Assembly (NCBI RefSeq): GCF_046348305.1
Contig: NZ_JAXMEM010000012.1
Span: forward strand, 35,618 to 99,617
From: Ottowia sp.
GTDB lineage: Bacteria; Pseudomonadota; Gammaproteobacteria; Burkholderiales; Burkholderiaceae_C
Reading direction: 5' to 3'
DNA length: 64,000 nucleotides
In this document: positions 45,321-55,234 of the stretch, piece by piece
How positions within the stretch are numbered: position 1 is the first letter of the stretch
Layout: every line of letters begins with the position of its first letter
The notes under the pieces: generated by a model
Told to the model about the DNA's origin: nothing
Databases searched by the model: none
Seen by the model: only the letters and a program-made list of their open reading frames with translations
Program-made: the position numbers and the translations under genes

Positions 45321-47381
45321 ATGTACATGCTTTTCGACGAAGCCGGCAAATTTTTGGCCGGCCGCATCCTCTCCGAGGCCGAAGCCTCCGCCCAGGTCGA
45401 GCTCGACTCGGGCAAGCGCGTCAAGGTCAAGGCCGCCAACCAGCTGCTGCGCTTTGACAAACCGGCGCCCGCCGAGCTGCTGGCGCAGGCCGAATCACAG
45501 GCCACCGACATCGACCCGGCGCTGGCCTGGGAATTCGCCCCCGAGGGCGAGTTCGGCTTTGCCGAACTGGCGGCCGACTACTTCGGCGCGGCGCCCGACA
45601 CCGTGCAGCAGGCCGCCGCCCTGATGGCCCTGCAGCAGGCGCCGCACTACTTTCGCCGCGCCGGCAAGGGCCGCTTCAAGAAGGCGCCGGCCGACATCGT
45701 GGCGCAGGCGCTGGCGGCCATCGAGAAGAAAAAGCAGCTCGCCGCGCAGATCGCCGGCTGGGCGGGCGAGCTGGCGGCCGGCCGCTGCCCGGCGCCCATC
45801 GGCGAGCAGCTCTACAAGATCCTGTTCCGGCCGGACAAGAACGCCCCCGAATACAAGGCCGTGGTCGAGGCCGCGCGCGCCACGCAGCTGGCGCCGCTGA
45901 CACTGCTGCAGCGGGCGGGCGCGATCACCTCGGCCTACCAGTTTCACTGGCAGCGCTTTTTGTTCGAGAACTTCCCCAAGGGCACCGACTTTCCGCCGCT
46001 GCCGCCCCTGGCCCTGCCGCAGGATTTGCCGCTGGCGCCGGTGCAGGCCTTCTCCATCGACGACTCGCAGACCACCGAGATCGACGACGCGCTGTCGCTG
46101 CAAGGCCTGGGCACGGGTACCGTGGAGCTGGGCATTCACATCGCGGCGCCGGGCCTGGCGATCGCGCCCGGCGATGCGCTGGACGACGTGGGCCGCAACC
46201 GCCTGTCCACCGTCTACATGCCGGGCTACAAGATCACCATGCTGCCCGACGACGTGGTGCAGGCCTGCACCCTGGCCGAAGGGCAGGATGTGCCGGCGGT
46301 GTCGCTGTACGTCACGCTCGATGAAGCCAGCCTGGCCATCCAGGCCAGCGAGACGCGCATCGAGCGCGTGCCCATCGTCGCCAACCTGCGCCACGACCAG
46401 CTCGATGCGCTCATCACGCCCGAATGGCTGGCGGGCACCCATGACGCAAGCCAAACCGGGGCTTTGCCCGCCCCCATCCAGCGCGAGCAGCTATCGTTTT
46501 TATATCGTCTGGCCCAGCACCTGAAGGCCAAGCGCGAGCAGGTGCGCGGCAAGCCCGAAACCTTCAACCGGCCGGACTACAGCTTCAAGCTGGTCGGCGT
46601 GGCCGATGGCCAGGCGCCCACGGGCGACGAGCAGGTGCAGATCACCCCGCGTCAGCGCGGCGCGCCGCTGGACCTGATGGTGGCCGAGCTGATGATCCTG
46701 GCCAACAGCAGCTGGGGCGAATGGCTCAAGGGCCTGGGCGTGCCTGCCATCTACCGCAGCCAGGCCAGCCTGCTGCCGGGCATCAAGGTGCGCATGGGGG
46801 CCAAGGCGCTGCCGCACGCGGGCATCGGCGTGCCCAGCTATTGCTGGAGCACCTCGCCGCTGCGCCGCTATGTCGATCTGGTCAACCAGTGGCAGATCAT
46901 CGCCGCCGCACGCCACGGCACGGCCGCCGCGCTGGCCGCGCCCTTCAAGCCCAAGGACGCCCAGCTGTTCGCCATCATCAGCGCGTTCGACGCGGCCTAC
47001 ACGGCCTACAACGGCCACCAGGCCGCCATGGAGCGCTTCTGGACGCTGCAATGGCTGTGCCAGCACGGCGCCACCGAGCTGACGGCCAGCCTGCTGCGCG
47101 AGCAGGCCGGTGGCGCCTGGCTGGTGCGCGCCGACGAGCTGCCCCTGGTCTTCACCGTCATGGGCGCGCAAGCCCTGACCCGCGGCGCGCGCGTGCGCGT
47201 CAGGCTGGGCAACACCGACCCGATCGCGCTGGACGTGCACGGCACCGTGCTCGAGGTGCTGGCCGACACGCTGCCCGTCGCCGCCAGCGACACGCCCGAC
47301 GACGAGGACGCCGACGCCGGCCCGCTGGCCATCGCGGTGGACATGAACGAAGCCGAGCCCGCCGGCGATACCCCCGCATGA
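45321..47381 (+). CDS. RNB-domain exoribonuclease (RNase II/R family)
   Basis: SIDDSQTTEIDDALS, TVYMPG, AELMILAN, YCWSTSPLRRYVDL. Confidence 0.92.
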   Translation: MYMLFDEAGKFLAGRILSEAEASAQVELDSGKRVKVKAANQLLRFDKPAPAELLAQAESQATDIDPALAWEFAPEGEFGFAELAADYFGAAPDTVQQAAALMALQQAPHYFRRAGKGRFKKAPADIVAQALAAIEKKKQLAAQIAGWAGELAAGRCPAPIGEQLYKILFRPDKNAPEYKAVVEAARATQLAPLTLLQRAGAITSAYQFHWQRFLFENFPKGTDFPPLPPLALPQDLPLAPVQAFSIDDSQTTEIDDALSLQGLGTGTVELGIHIAAPGLAIAPGDALDDVGRNRLSTVYMPGYKITMLPDDVVQACTLAEGQDVPAVSLYVTLDEASLAIQASETRIERVPIVANLRHDQLDALITPEWLAGTHDASQTGALPAPIQREQLSFLYRLAQHLKAKREQVRGKPETFNRPDYSFKLVGVADGQAPTGDEQVQITPRQRGAPLDLMVAELMILANSSWGEWLKGLGVPAIYRSQASLLPGIKVRMGAKALPHAGIGVPSYCWSTSPLRRYVDLVNQWQIIAAARHGTAAALAAPFKPKDAQLFAIISAFDAAYTAYNGHQAAMERFWTLQWLCQHGATELTASLLREQAGGAWLVRADELPLVFTVMGAQALTRGARVRVRLGNTDPIALDVHGTVLEVLADTLPVAASDTPDDEDADAGPLAIAVDMNEAEPAGDTPA
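46446..46506. repeat. Repeat family A, copy in frame inside the RNB nuclease
   Basis: GCAAGCCAAACCGGGGCTTTGCCCGCCCCCATCCAGCGCGAGCAGCTATCGTTTTTATATC. Confidence 0.78.
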
Positions 47382-48295
47382 CACTGGCGCTGCGCCCCAC
47401 CCTGCCCTCGCTGCGCCGCTTCAGCACCCTGCAGTGGGCGCTGGGCCTGTCGATCTTGTTGCACGCGGTGGTGCTGACGGTGCGCTTCGTCGACCCGCAA
47501 GGGCTCCGGCGCGTGTTCGAGAACAACACGCTCGACGTGGTGCTGGTCAACGCCAAGAGCGATGAAAAACCCGTCAAGGCCCAGGCCATTGCCCAGCACA
47601 ACCTGGCCGGCGGCGGCGAGGCCAGCGACGCGCGCATCGCCAGCACGCCCCTGCCCCCCAGCGCGCGCGAGGCCGAGGGCGACGCCGCGCTCGACCAAAG
47701 CCAGCGCGAAATCCAGCGCATGCTGCAACAGCAGGAGCAACTGCTGGCCCAGGTGCGCCAGCAACTGGCCGCCCTGCCCGCGCCCGATCCGGCCCGCATC
47801 CAGAACGATCCGCAGGCCCGGGCCGACCAGGACCGCCGCCAGCAACTGCAAAAGCTGCTGGCCGCCATCGAGCGGCGCGTGCAAGAGGAAAACAGCCGCC
47901 CGCGCAAGCGCTTTCTCAGCCCCGCCACCCTGGGCGCCACCTACGCGACCTATTACGACGAGATGCGCCGCAAGATCGAGCAGGTGGGCACCGCCAACTT
48001 TCCGCACGTGGCCGGGCGCAAGCTGTATGGCGAGCTGCTGATGGCGCTGCTCATCAACCACGACGGGCGCATCCTGGACGCGCGCGTGGTGCGCGGCTCG
48101 GGCGACCGCATGCTCGACCGCCTGGCCGAGGCGATCGCGCAAAAGGCCGCGCCCTTCGGCCCTTTCACGCCGGCCATGCGCAAGGACACCGATCAGTTCG
48201 ACGTCACCGCGCGCTTTCGCTTCACGCACGAACAGACGCTGGAGACCACGCTGCAGGCCGACGAGATCGGCGCCACCCGCAGTGGGGTGCGCTGA
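47378..48295 (+). CDS. TonB-family energy transducer-like protein
   Basis: N-terminal TM with SILLH; TonB-C-like C-terminus (INHDGRI...AAPFGPF). Confidence 0.8.
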   Translation: MTLALRPTLPSLRRFSTLQWALGLSILLHAVVLTVRFVDPQGLRRVFENNTLDVVLVNAKSDEKPVKAQAIAQHNLAGGGEASDARIASTPLPPSAREAEGDAALDQSQREIQRMLQQQEQLLAQVRQQLAALPAPDPARIQNDPQARADQDRRQQLQKLLAAIERRVQEENSRPRKRFLSPATLGATYATYYDEMRRKIEQVGTANFPHVAGRKLYGELLMALLINHDGRILDARVVRGSGDRMLDRLAEAIAQKAAPFGPFTPAMRKDTDQFDVTARFRFTHEQTLETTLQADEIGATRSGVR

Positions 48296-49020
48296 TGCGC
48301 CACGTGGGGCGCTGGCTGCTGCTGGCCGCCGCGGCCGCGCTGGTGCTGCAACTGTTTTTCATCAGCCGCATCGCGCTGATGGCCGTGATCGACCCACAGT
48401 CCACCACCTTCGAGCGCTCCGAGGCCTGGCGCCTGGCCCAAGACGGCCCCCTGCGCTGGAGCCAGCACTGGCGCGACTATGACCAGATCGCCGACACCTT
48501 GAAGCGCGCGGTGATCGCGTCCGAGGACGACAGCTTCACCAACCACGACGGCGTGGACTGGGAAGCCATGGAGCGCGCCTGGGAGCGCAACGCCAAGGCC
48601 GAGCAGGCAGCAGCCACCCGCGCCGAGCAAAACCTGCCGGCGCGCCCCATCAAGATCCGCGGCGGCTCCACCATCACCCAGCAACTGGCCAAAAACCTGC
48701 TGCTGTCGGGCGAGCGCACCCTGCTGCGCAAGGGCCAGGAGCTGGTGCTGACCTTTGCGCTCGAGCGCCTGCTGTCCAAGCGCCGCATCCTGGAGATCTA
48801 CCTCAACCACGTCGAGTGGGGCACCGGCGTGTTCGGCGCCGAAGCCGCCGCGCAGCACTACTTCAAGAAGAGCGCCGCGCAACTGAGCGCGTGGGAGGCC
48901 GCCCGCCTGGCCGTCATGCTGCCGCGCCCGCGCTACTTCGAGCAGCGCCCGCGCTCGGCCTACCTCAACCAGCGCGCCGCCACGATCGTCGCGCGCATGA
49001 AGCGCGCCGAGCTGCCATGA
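48295..49020 (+). CDS. mtgA: Monofunctional peptidoglycan transglycosylase
   Basis: [46 protein letters not shown]. Confidence 0.93.
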   Translation: MRHVGRWLLLAAAAALVLQLFFISRIALMAVIDPQSTTFERSEAWRLAQDGPLRWSQHWRDYDQIADTLKRAVIASEDDSFTNHDGVDWEAMERAWERNAKAEQAAATRAEQNLPARPIKIRGGSTITQQLAKNLLLSGERTLLRKGQELVLTFALERLLSKRRILEIYLNHVEWGTGVFGAEAAAQHYFKKSAAQLSAWEAARLAVMLPRPRYFEQRPRSAYLNQRAATIVARMKRAELP

Positions 49021-49553
49021 GGATTCTGGGCATCGACCCCGGCCTGCGCACCACCGGCTTTGGCGTGCTCGACGTGGACGGCCCGCGCCTGGCCTATGTC
49101 GCCAGCGGCGTCATCCGCACGCACGACGCCGCCCAGGGCGATTTGCCCGCGCGGCTGAAGCTGCTGTTCGACGGCATCCGCGAGGTGCACGCCCGTTTTC
49201 AACCGCAGGCCGCCGCGGTCGAGATCGTCTTCGTCAACGTCAACCCCCAAGCCACGCTGCTGCTGGGCCAGGCGCGCGGGGCCTGCGTCACGGCGCTGGT
49301 GCATTGCGGCCTGCCGGTGGCCGAATACACCGCGCTGCAAATGAAAAAAGCCGTGGCCGGCCACGGCAAGGCCGCCAAGGCGCAGGTGCAGGCCATGGTG
49401 CAGCGCCTGCTGGGCCTGCCCCAAGCCCCCGGCCCCGACGCCGCCGACGCGCTGGGCCTGGCCATCACCCACGCCCACGCCGGCGGCACGCTGGCGCGCC
49501 TGCACGCCGCCGGGCTGGGCCGCACCACCAGCAGCATGTACCGCCGCAGCTGA
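49017..49553 (+). CDS. ruvC: Holliday junction resolvase RuvC
   Basis: [38 protein letters not shown]. Confidence 0.95.
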   Translation: MRILGIDPGLRTTGFGVLDVDGPRLAYVASGVIRTHDAAQGDLPARLKLLFDGIREVHARFQPQAAAVEIVFVNVNPQATLLLGQARGACVTALVHCGLPVAEYTALQMKKAVAGHGKAAKAQVQAMVQRLLGLPQAPGPDAADALGLAITHAHAGGTLARLHAAGLGRTTSSMYRRS

Positions 49554-49573
49554 TCCGGTGCGCGCCCCCCGGA

Positions 49574-49699
49574 TCACTGGACTACCCTCCGCGCTGCGCG
49601 CTGCGGGGTTTCGCGCTTGGGAGCGGCCCGGCGCGCTCACTGGACTACCCTCCGCGCTTGCGCGCTGCGGGATTCGCGCTTGGGAGCGGCCCGGCGCGC
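49574..49699. repeat. Two tandem 63-bp copies of a GC-rich repeat (family C)
   Basis: Unit TCACTGGACTACCCTCCGCGC(T)TGCGCGCTGCGGG(GT/A)TTCGCGCTTGGGAGCGGCCCGGCGCGC; period 63. Confidence 0.9.
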
Positions 49700-50152
49700 T
49701 CACGCCGGCTTGTCGGGCGTGCGCCGCAATTCGCGCCGCCGCGCGGCGATCGGGTCGATGGCGGCCTTGCGCCCCGCACGCGCCGGCTTGCCCGCGCGCG
49801 CCAGCGGCACGGCCGCCACCGCCTCACCCAGCTCCGGCGGGGCCGCGCCCGCGTCCTGCCAGACAAAACCAGGGCGCGCGCCGCGCAGCCCCAGCTGTAC
49901 GCGCCCGGCGCACACCTGCACGCTGACGGCCGCGCCCACCAGCGATGCCGGCAGGCCCTGCGCCCAGGCCAGCAGGCGCTGGCGCTGCACCTGCTGGCGG
50001 TGGGCCAGCAGCTCCCGCTGCGCCTGCTTGACCTGCGCCTCGCGCTGCGCGCGCGTCAGGCGCGGGTGCTCCAGCACGGCGGCGACGCGCCGGGCCAGCG
50101 CCCGCTCGACGGGGTCGGGGGATTGGGATTCGAGAAACTGAAACGTCGACAT
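49700..50152 (-). CDS. Hypothetical Arg/Ala/Gln-rich protein
   Basis: AAGGAG RBS before ATG; upstream TTGACA-17-TGGCAT; no family recognised. Confidence 0.55.
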   Translation of the reverse strand: MSTFQFLESQSPDPVERALARRVAAVLEHPRLTRAQREAQVKQAQRELLAHRQQVQRQRLLAWAQGLPASLVGAAVSVQVCAGRVQLGLRGARPGFVWQDAGAAPPELGEAVAAVPLARAGKPARAGRKAAIDPIAARRRELRRTPDKPA

Positions 50153-50235
50153 GAACACTCCTTGGCATGGTGAAAACCAGCGCGACGCAGGCGGTGCAAA
50201 CAGGCGCACCTGTCCCCGCGCAACGCTTCCAGCTC

Positions 50236-50264
50236 ATGCCATCGGGGTGTTCAGTTCATGTCAA
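50236..50264 (-). promoter_or_regulatory. Possible sigma70 promoter for 49700-50152
   Basis: TTGACA (50264-50259), 17 nt spacer, weak -10 TGGCAT. Confidence 0.35.
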
Positions 50265-50315
50265 CATCCAAAAAAATCAGGGGTGAATTCTCGCTCAATT
50301 TCCGCCTTGCGGCGC

Positions 50316-50690
50316 TCACTGCGAGCGCTTGCGCTGGCCCGGTGCGCCCTTCTCCCGCCGCCTTTGCCGGTACCACTTCGGGTCGCGGTTGATTCTGACT
50401 TCTTCCACGAAGTGCTCTGGCGCGCACGCCATCATGGCCATGGGGCTGCGGCGGATCAGCTCGCAGGACTCCTCGAACGTGCGGCACAGCGTCACCTCGC
50501 AGCCGCAGCTGCCGCACACCCGCACCCGCGCGTCGTCGGTGGCCAGCATGCGCGCCCAGCGTTTGGGGCACAGCATGCCCCAGCGGGGTGTGCAGTACTG
50601 CACCTCCACCCGCATGAGGAAAGCGTAGGAATCGGTGGGGTCGGGCAGCGGTGCTTGATTGCGTTGCAAGGTCATCAACCAAAATAGCAT
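50316..50690 (-). CDS. Hypothetical Cys-rich (possible Zn-binding) protein
   Basis: CPKRW...VRVCGSCGCEVTLC cluster; no family recognised. Confidence 0.5.
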   Translation of the reverse strand: MLFWLMTLQRNQAPLPDPTDSYAFLMRVEVQYCTPRWGMLCPKRWARMLATDDARVRVCGSCGCEVTLCRTFEESCELIRRSPMAMMACAPEHFVEEVRINRDPKWYRQRRREKGAPGQRKRSQ

Positions 50691-50715
50691 GAATGCCCTT
50701 CGGGACTTTCCCTAG

Positions 50716-50876
50716 GAGGCTGTCGGACTCGGAACGTCGATAGCGAAAATCGGCCCCAGCGAGCACAGTTTTTGCCGGATTTGCAGCCCACTAGCCGAGC
50801 TAATGGGCAAAAAGACGGTGGAAAATGGGCCGCTGCAGTCGATTTGCAGCCAACGATTTCCAAGTCCGACAGCCTC
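50716..50876. mobile_element. 161-bp MITE with 14-bp TIRs and CTAG target duplication (IS5-like)
   Basis: CTAG|GAGGCTGTCGGACT ... AGTCCGACAGCCTC|CTAG; no transposase. Confidence 0.85.
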
Positions 50877-50935
50877 CTAGGCGTATCGCCAAGGTGTCCC
50901 AGACAAGCCCCCCCGCCTTGGCTACAGTGCCGGGC

Positions 50936-52090
50936 ATGAATCCCACACCCCGCCCCCTTTTCAGCACCGAGCACGACGCCTTTCGCGCGCTGGTGCGCCG
51001 CTTTTGCGAAAAGGAAATCGCGCCGCACCACGCCGCCTGGGAAGAAGCTCACGGCGTGCCGCGCGCCGTGTGGCGGCGCGCCGGCGAGCTGGGCCTGCTG
51101 GGCTGCTGGCTGCCCGAGGCGCAGGGCGGCCACGGGGCCGATTTGCTGTTCGACATGATTGTGGCCGAGGAGCTGGGCCGCATCGGCGCCACCGGCCCCG
51201 GCTTTGCCCTGCACTCCGTCATCGTCATGCCCTACCTCACGGCGCATGCCGCGCCCGCCTTGCAGCGCGCCCTGCTGCCCGCGATGGTGCGCGGCGAGTC
51301 GATCAGCGCCATCGCCATGACCGAGCCCGGCGCCGGCAGCGACCTGGCCGGCATGCGCACGCAGGCGCGCCGCGATGGCGATCACTACGTGCTGAGCGGC
51401 CAGAAGACCTTCATCACCAACGGCCACAACGCCGACGTGATCGTGGTGGCCTGCAAGACCGACGCCAGCCAGGGCGCGCACGGCGTGTCGCTGCTGGTGG
51501 TGCAGGATGGCATGGCCGGCTTCACGCGCGGGCGCAACCTGCGCAAGATCGGCCAGCACGCGCAGGACACGGCCGAGCTGTTCTTCGACAACGTTCGCGT
51601 TCCGGCCGACCACCTGCTGGGCGAGGAGGGCAAGGGCTTCAAGTACCTGATGCAGAAGCTGCCGCAAGAGCGCCTGCTCATCAGCGTGCAGTGCCAGGCC
51701 CGCGCCGAAGCCGCCTTCGACTGGACCGTGCAGTACGTGCAGGAGCGCCAGGCCTTCCGGCAGCGCCTGGCCGATTTTCAGAACACCCGCTTCAAGCTGG
51801 GCGCGCTGGCCGCCGACCTGGCCGCCGGCCGGGCCTATTGCGACCAGTTGCTAGCCCGCCACCTCGCCGGCGAACTGGACGCCGTGGGCGCCGCCGCCGG
51901 CAAGCTGTGGCACAGCGAGCTGCTGGGCCGCGTGACCGACGAGTGCCTGCAGCTCTTCGGCGGCTACGGCTACATGCACGAATACCCCATCGCCCGCGCC
52001 TGGAGCGACGCGCGCATCGAGCGCATCTACGGCGGCACGTCCGAGATCATGAAGGAGATCATCGCCCGCGATCTGCTGGATGGGCGTTGA
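50936..52090 (+). CDS. Acyl-CoA dehydrogenase (LCAD-like)
   Basis: AIAMTEPGAGSDL, GQKTFITNG, DTAELFFD, LPQERL, GGYGYMHEY, IYGGTSEIMK. Confidence 0.95.
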   Translation: MNPTPRPLFSTEHDAFRALVRRFCEKEIAPHHAAWEEAHGVPRAVWRRAGELGLLGCWLPEAQGGHGADLLFDMIVAEELGRIGATGPGFALHSVIVMPYLTAHAAPALQRALLPAMVRGESISAIAMTEPGAGSDLAGMRTQARRDGDHYVLSGQKTFITNGHNADVIVVACKTDASQGAHGVSLLVVQDGMAGFTRGRNLRKIGQHAQDTAELFFDNVRVPADHLLGEEGKGFKYLMQKLPQERLLISVQCQARAEAAFDWTVQYVQERQAFRQRLADFQNTRFKLGALAADLAAGRAYCDQLLARHLAGELDAVGAAAGKLWHSELLGRVTDECLQLFGGYGYMHEYPIARAWSDARIERIYGGTSEIMKEIIARDLLDGR

Positions 52091-52093
52091 AGG

Positions 52094-52280
52094 CAGCCGA
52101 GCGCAAAGGCAACGCAAAGAACGCCAAAACACCGTCAACTGAGCTTGATTGGCCGAAAGGCCTTTTTTTGCAAGCGCAGGCAGCTATCAAATCGGCAGCG
52201 GCGAATTTGGATTCTTCTGCGCCCTTTGCGAATTCTTTGCGTCCTCTGCGTCCGGCCGTTCGGCTTTGCGTCCGGCTGTC
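52094..52280. repeat. Family B element with a family A copy nested inside (52146-52198)
   Basis: TTCTGCGCCCTTTGCGAATTCTTTGCGTCCTCTGCGTCCGGC matches 20551-20592; CAAGCGCAGGCAGCTATCAAAT inside. Confidence 0.78.
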
Positions 52281-52290
52281 CCTTTGTGCT

Positions 52291-53373
52291 TCAGCCCAGC
52301 ACCAGCCGGTTGAGCAGCGCCCCGCCCACCATCAGCCAGCCAAACAGCATCAGGGCCAGCAGCAGCGGACGCACGCCCGCCCTGCGGATGGCGCTGACGT
52401 GGGTGGTCAAGCCCAGGGCCGCCATGGCCATGGCCAGCAGGTGGTTGTCCAGCTCGGTCGCCGCCCGCGTCACCGGCGCCGGCAGCCATTGCAGGGAGTT
52501 GAACAGCACCACCGCGACAAAACCCACGGCAAACCAGGGCACCGTCACGCGCGGTGCGCTCGGGCGGGCCGCCCCGGTCGCGCGTCGATCCGCGCCGGGG
52601 TGTCGCGCCAGCCAGGCCGACAGGCCGATCAGAAACGGCGCCAGCATCATCACGCGCACCATCTTGGCGATCACGGCCGTGTCGGCCGCGGCGGCGCTCA
52701 CGGCATTGCCTGCCGCCACCACCTGCGCCACCTCGTGCACGGTGGAGCCGATGTAGACGCCAAACGCATGCTCGCCGCCGGCCATGAACCCCCAGTGCCG
52801 GTTGAGCTCGAAGAGCGCGGGATACAGAAACGTCGCCACGGTGCCGAACACCACCACCGTGGCCACCGCCACCGTCACCTGCTCGGCACGGCCCTTGACC
52901 ACCGGCTCGGCCGCCAGCACGGCCGCCGCGCCGCAGATCGAGCTGCCGGCGCCGATCAGCATGGCGGCCTGCCGATCCAGCCCCAGCCAGCGCGTGCCCA
53001 GCCATACCGCCAGCACAAAGGTGCCACACACCACCGCCGCGTCGATCAGCACGCCGGCCGCGCCCACTTGCGCGACGTCCTGCACCGTCAGGCGCAGGCC
53101 GTACAGCACGATGCCCAGGCGCAGCAGGTTCTGCTTGGAGAACACCACGCCTGGCTCTGCGTGGACGGCGATGCGCGCATACCCCAGGTTGCCCACCACC
53201 ATGCCCAGCACGATGGCCAGGCTGAGCCCGCTCAAGCCCGCAGCCTGCACCCAGGCGTGCTCGGCCAGGCGCAGCGCCAGCCAGCCCAGGCCGGCGCTCA
53301 GCACCAGCCCCGGCAGCAGGCGGCTTCCCGCATCCCATCCGGCCAACCCGGCCGTTCTCGACAAGACAGACAT
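52291..53373 (-). CDS. YeiH-family putative sulfate/anion exporter
   Basis: [45 protein letters not shown]. Confidence 0.92.
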   Translation of the reverse strand: MSVLSRTAGLAGWDAGSRLLPGLVLSAGLGWLALRLAEHAWVQAAGLSGLSLAIVLGMVVGNLGYARIAVHAEPGVVFSKQNLLRLGIVLYGLRLTVQDVAQVGAAGVLIDAAVVCGTFVLAVWLGTRWLGLDRQAAMLIGAGSSICGAAAVLAAEPVVKGRAEQVTVAVATVVVFGTVATFLYPALFELNRHWGFMAGGEHAFGVYIGSTVHEVAQVVAAGNAVSAAAADTAVIAKMVRVMMLAPFLIGLSAWLARHPGADRRATGAARPSAPRVTVPWFAVGFVAVVLFNSLQWLPAPVTRAATELDNHLLAMAMAALGLTTHVSAIRRAGVRPLLLALMLFGWLMVGGALLNRLVLG

Positions 53374-53495
53374 TTCCACTCCGTTGCGATCACGTGCATC
53401 ACCATGCACAGCCCGCACTGTAGAAATCGGCCATCAATCTGTCCAACGAATGATTTTTGTATGATCAAACTGTTTTGCCGATTGATAATGCAGTC

Positions 53496-54416
53496 ATGGA
53501 TCCTTTGCACCTGACGCTGCGGCAACTGCAAATCTTTGCCGCCGTGGCGCACGCCGGCAGCACCGCCGCAGCCGGCGACGCGATCGGCCTGTCGCAGTCG
53601 GCCACCAGCGCCGCCCTGAAGGAGCTGGAGCGCGTGCTGGACGCCCCCCTGTTCGACCGCGTGGGCAAGCGCCTGCAGCTCAACAGCAACGGACGCTCGC
53701 TGCTGCCGCGCGCCCGGTCGCTGCTGGACGGCGCCGCCAGCCTGCAACGCACCGCCCGCGGCGAGCTGGACACGCCCGACGCCCTGCGCATCGGCGCCAG
53801 CACCACCATCGGCAATTACGTGCTGCCGCGTTGGCTCAGCCTGCACTGGGCGCCCTGGTACGCCGCGCAACCGCCCGAGTGGCATGCCGAAGTGAAGATC
53901 GGCAACACGGCCGAAATCTGCCGCGCGGTGGCCGATTTCACGCTGGACATCGGCCTGATCGAAGGCCCTTGTCAAGACCCGTTGCTGCACACGCGTCCCT
54001 GGCTGCGCGACGAGTTGATCATCGTGGCCTCGCCCCGGCTGGCGCGCCAGCTGCAGCCCCAGGCGACCGCCGTGCCCGTCAGCGTGCTGCGCCAGCAGGT
54101 CTGGCTGCTGCGCGAGGCCGGCTCGGGCACCCGCGTGGCCACCGACCTCGAGCTGCTGCCGCACCTGCGCGCCTACCGCCGCAGCATCGAGCTGGGCAAC
54201 TCCGAAGCCATCAAGCACGCCGCCGCCGAGGGCCTGGGGCTGGCCTGCCTGTCCGAATGGGTGGTGGCCGACCTGGTCAAATCCGGGCGGCTCGCGCGCG
54301 TGCCCACCACGCTGCCGCGCATGCGGCGCCCCTGCTACGTGGTGCTGCACCGCCACAAGCAGATGACGGGCGGGCTCGAGCGCTTGACGGCGTCGCTGAT
54401 GCAAAACGAAAGCTGA
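53496..54416 (+). CDS. LysR-family regulator (YeiE/CysL-like) divergent from yeiH-like gene
   Basis: LTLRQLQIF..LSQSATS, IGASTTIGNYVLP, DIGLIEG, REAGSGTR, ELGNSEAIK. Confidence 0.92.
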   Translation: MDPLHLTLRQLQIFAAVAHAGSTAAAGDAIGLSQSATSAALKELERVLDAPLFDRVGKRLQLNSNGRSLLPRARSLLDGAASLQRTARGELDTPDALRIGASTTIGNYVLPRWLSLHWAPWYAAQPPEWHAEVKIGNTAEICRAVADFTLDIGLIEGPCQDPLLHTRPWLRDELIIVASPRLARQLQPQATAVPVSVLRQQVWLLREAGSGTRVATDLELLPHLRAYRRSIELGNSEAIKHAAAEGLGLACLSEWVVADLVKSGRLARVPTTLPRMRRPCYVVLHRHKQMTGGLERLTASLMQNES

Positions 54417-54493
54417 AACCGCGCCGCGCCATGCACCGTTGATCCCCTGCGGCAGAACGCCCGAAAAAGCACGCGCCCACCGGACCACGAAGC

Positions 54494-54959
54494 CGCGTTG
54501 TCCTCCTGACGCCCTGCGTGCGCGGCCTGATTGCCGGCCTGCCCCACCGTGGCGCTCTCGTGTTTGCTGGCACCCGTGGCGACAAGCCCACAAGCACCCA
54601 CGCGCGCGAACCCCGCCGCTTGCGCCGTGACTGGTGTTGACGTGACCTTGCACGGCCTGCGCCGCAGTTTCGGCAGTCTGGCCGAGCGGCTGGAATTGCC
54701 TGCCGGCGTGGTGGCGCAGATTCAGGGCCACAAGCCCAGCGCCACCGCCGAAAAGCATTGCCGCGTGCGCCCGCTGGACTTGCTGCGCCTGCACCACGAA
54801 CGGTTCGACGTGTGGATTTTGGAGCGGGTCGCCGTGAAGTTCATCGCCAGCAAGAAGCCCGGCAAGCTGCTGACAGTGGGCAGTGGGCAGCGCCGCCAAA
54901 TAACGCAACGACAAAAAATCCCTGAAAAACGAATAAACGCAACTACAATAAAGCCATGA
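54494..54959 (+). pseudogene. Decayed tyrosine-recombinase (phage integrase) C-terminal fragment
   Basis: RVVLLTPCVRGLIAGLPHRGALVF in frame 2, then TLHGLRRSF..QGHKPSATAEKHC in frame 3; catalytic Tyr position is Cys; no N-terminus. Confidence 0.8.
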
Positions 54960-55234
54960 ACATCACGTTCGACCCGGACAAGGACGAAGCCAACCGGGCC
55001 AGACATGGTGTATCGCTTGCTGATGCTGCGGGCTTCGAGTGGGAAACCGCTTTGGTATGGCCTGACCACCGCCACGACTATGGCGAACCGCGCATGGCGA
55101 CACTGGGATACATCGGCCCGCGCATCATGGCCGTGGTGTTCACCGACCGCCCCGAGGGCAAGCCCACGGAGCGCCGCATCATCAGTCTGAGGAAAGCCAA
55201 CCGCCGCGAGGTGACACGCTATGCCGAAACTTAA
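54956..55234 (+). CDS. brnT: BrnT-family toxin
   Basis: FDPDKDEANRARHGVSL, DYGEPR, RIISLRKANRRE. Confidence 0.92.
   Translation: MNITFDPDKDEANRARHGVSLADAAGFEWETALVWPDHRHDYGEPRMATLGYIGPRIMAVVFTDRPEGKPTERRIISLRKANRREVTRYAET

Noticed and set aside
49574-49699. Possible CRISPR array
   Set aside because: Units are contiguous with no unique spacers, only two copies, and no cas genes in the window.
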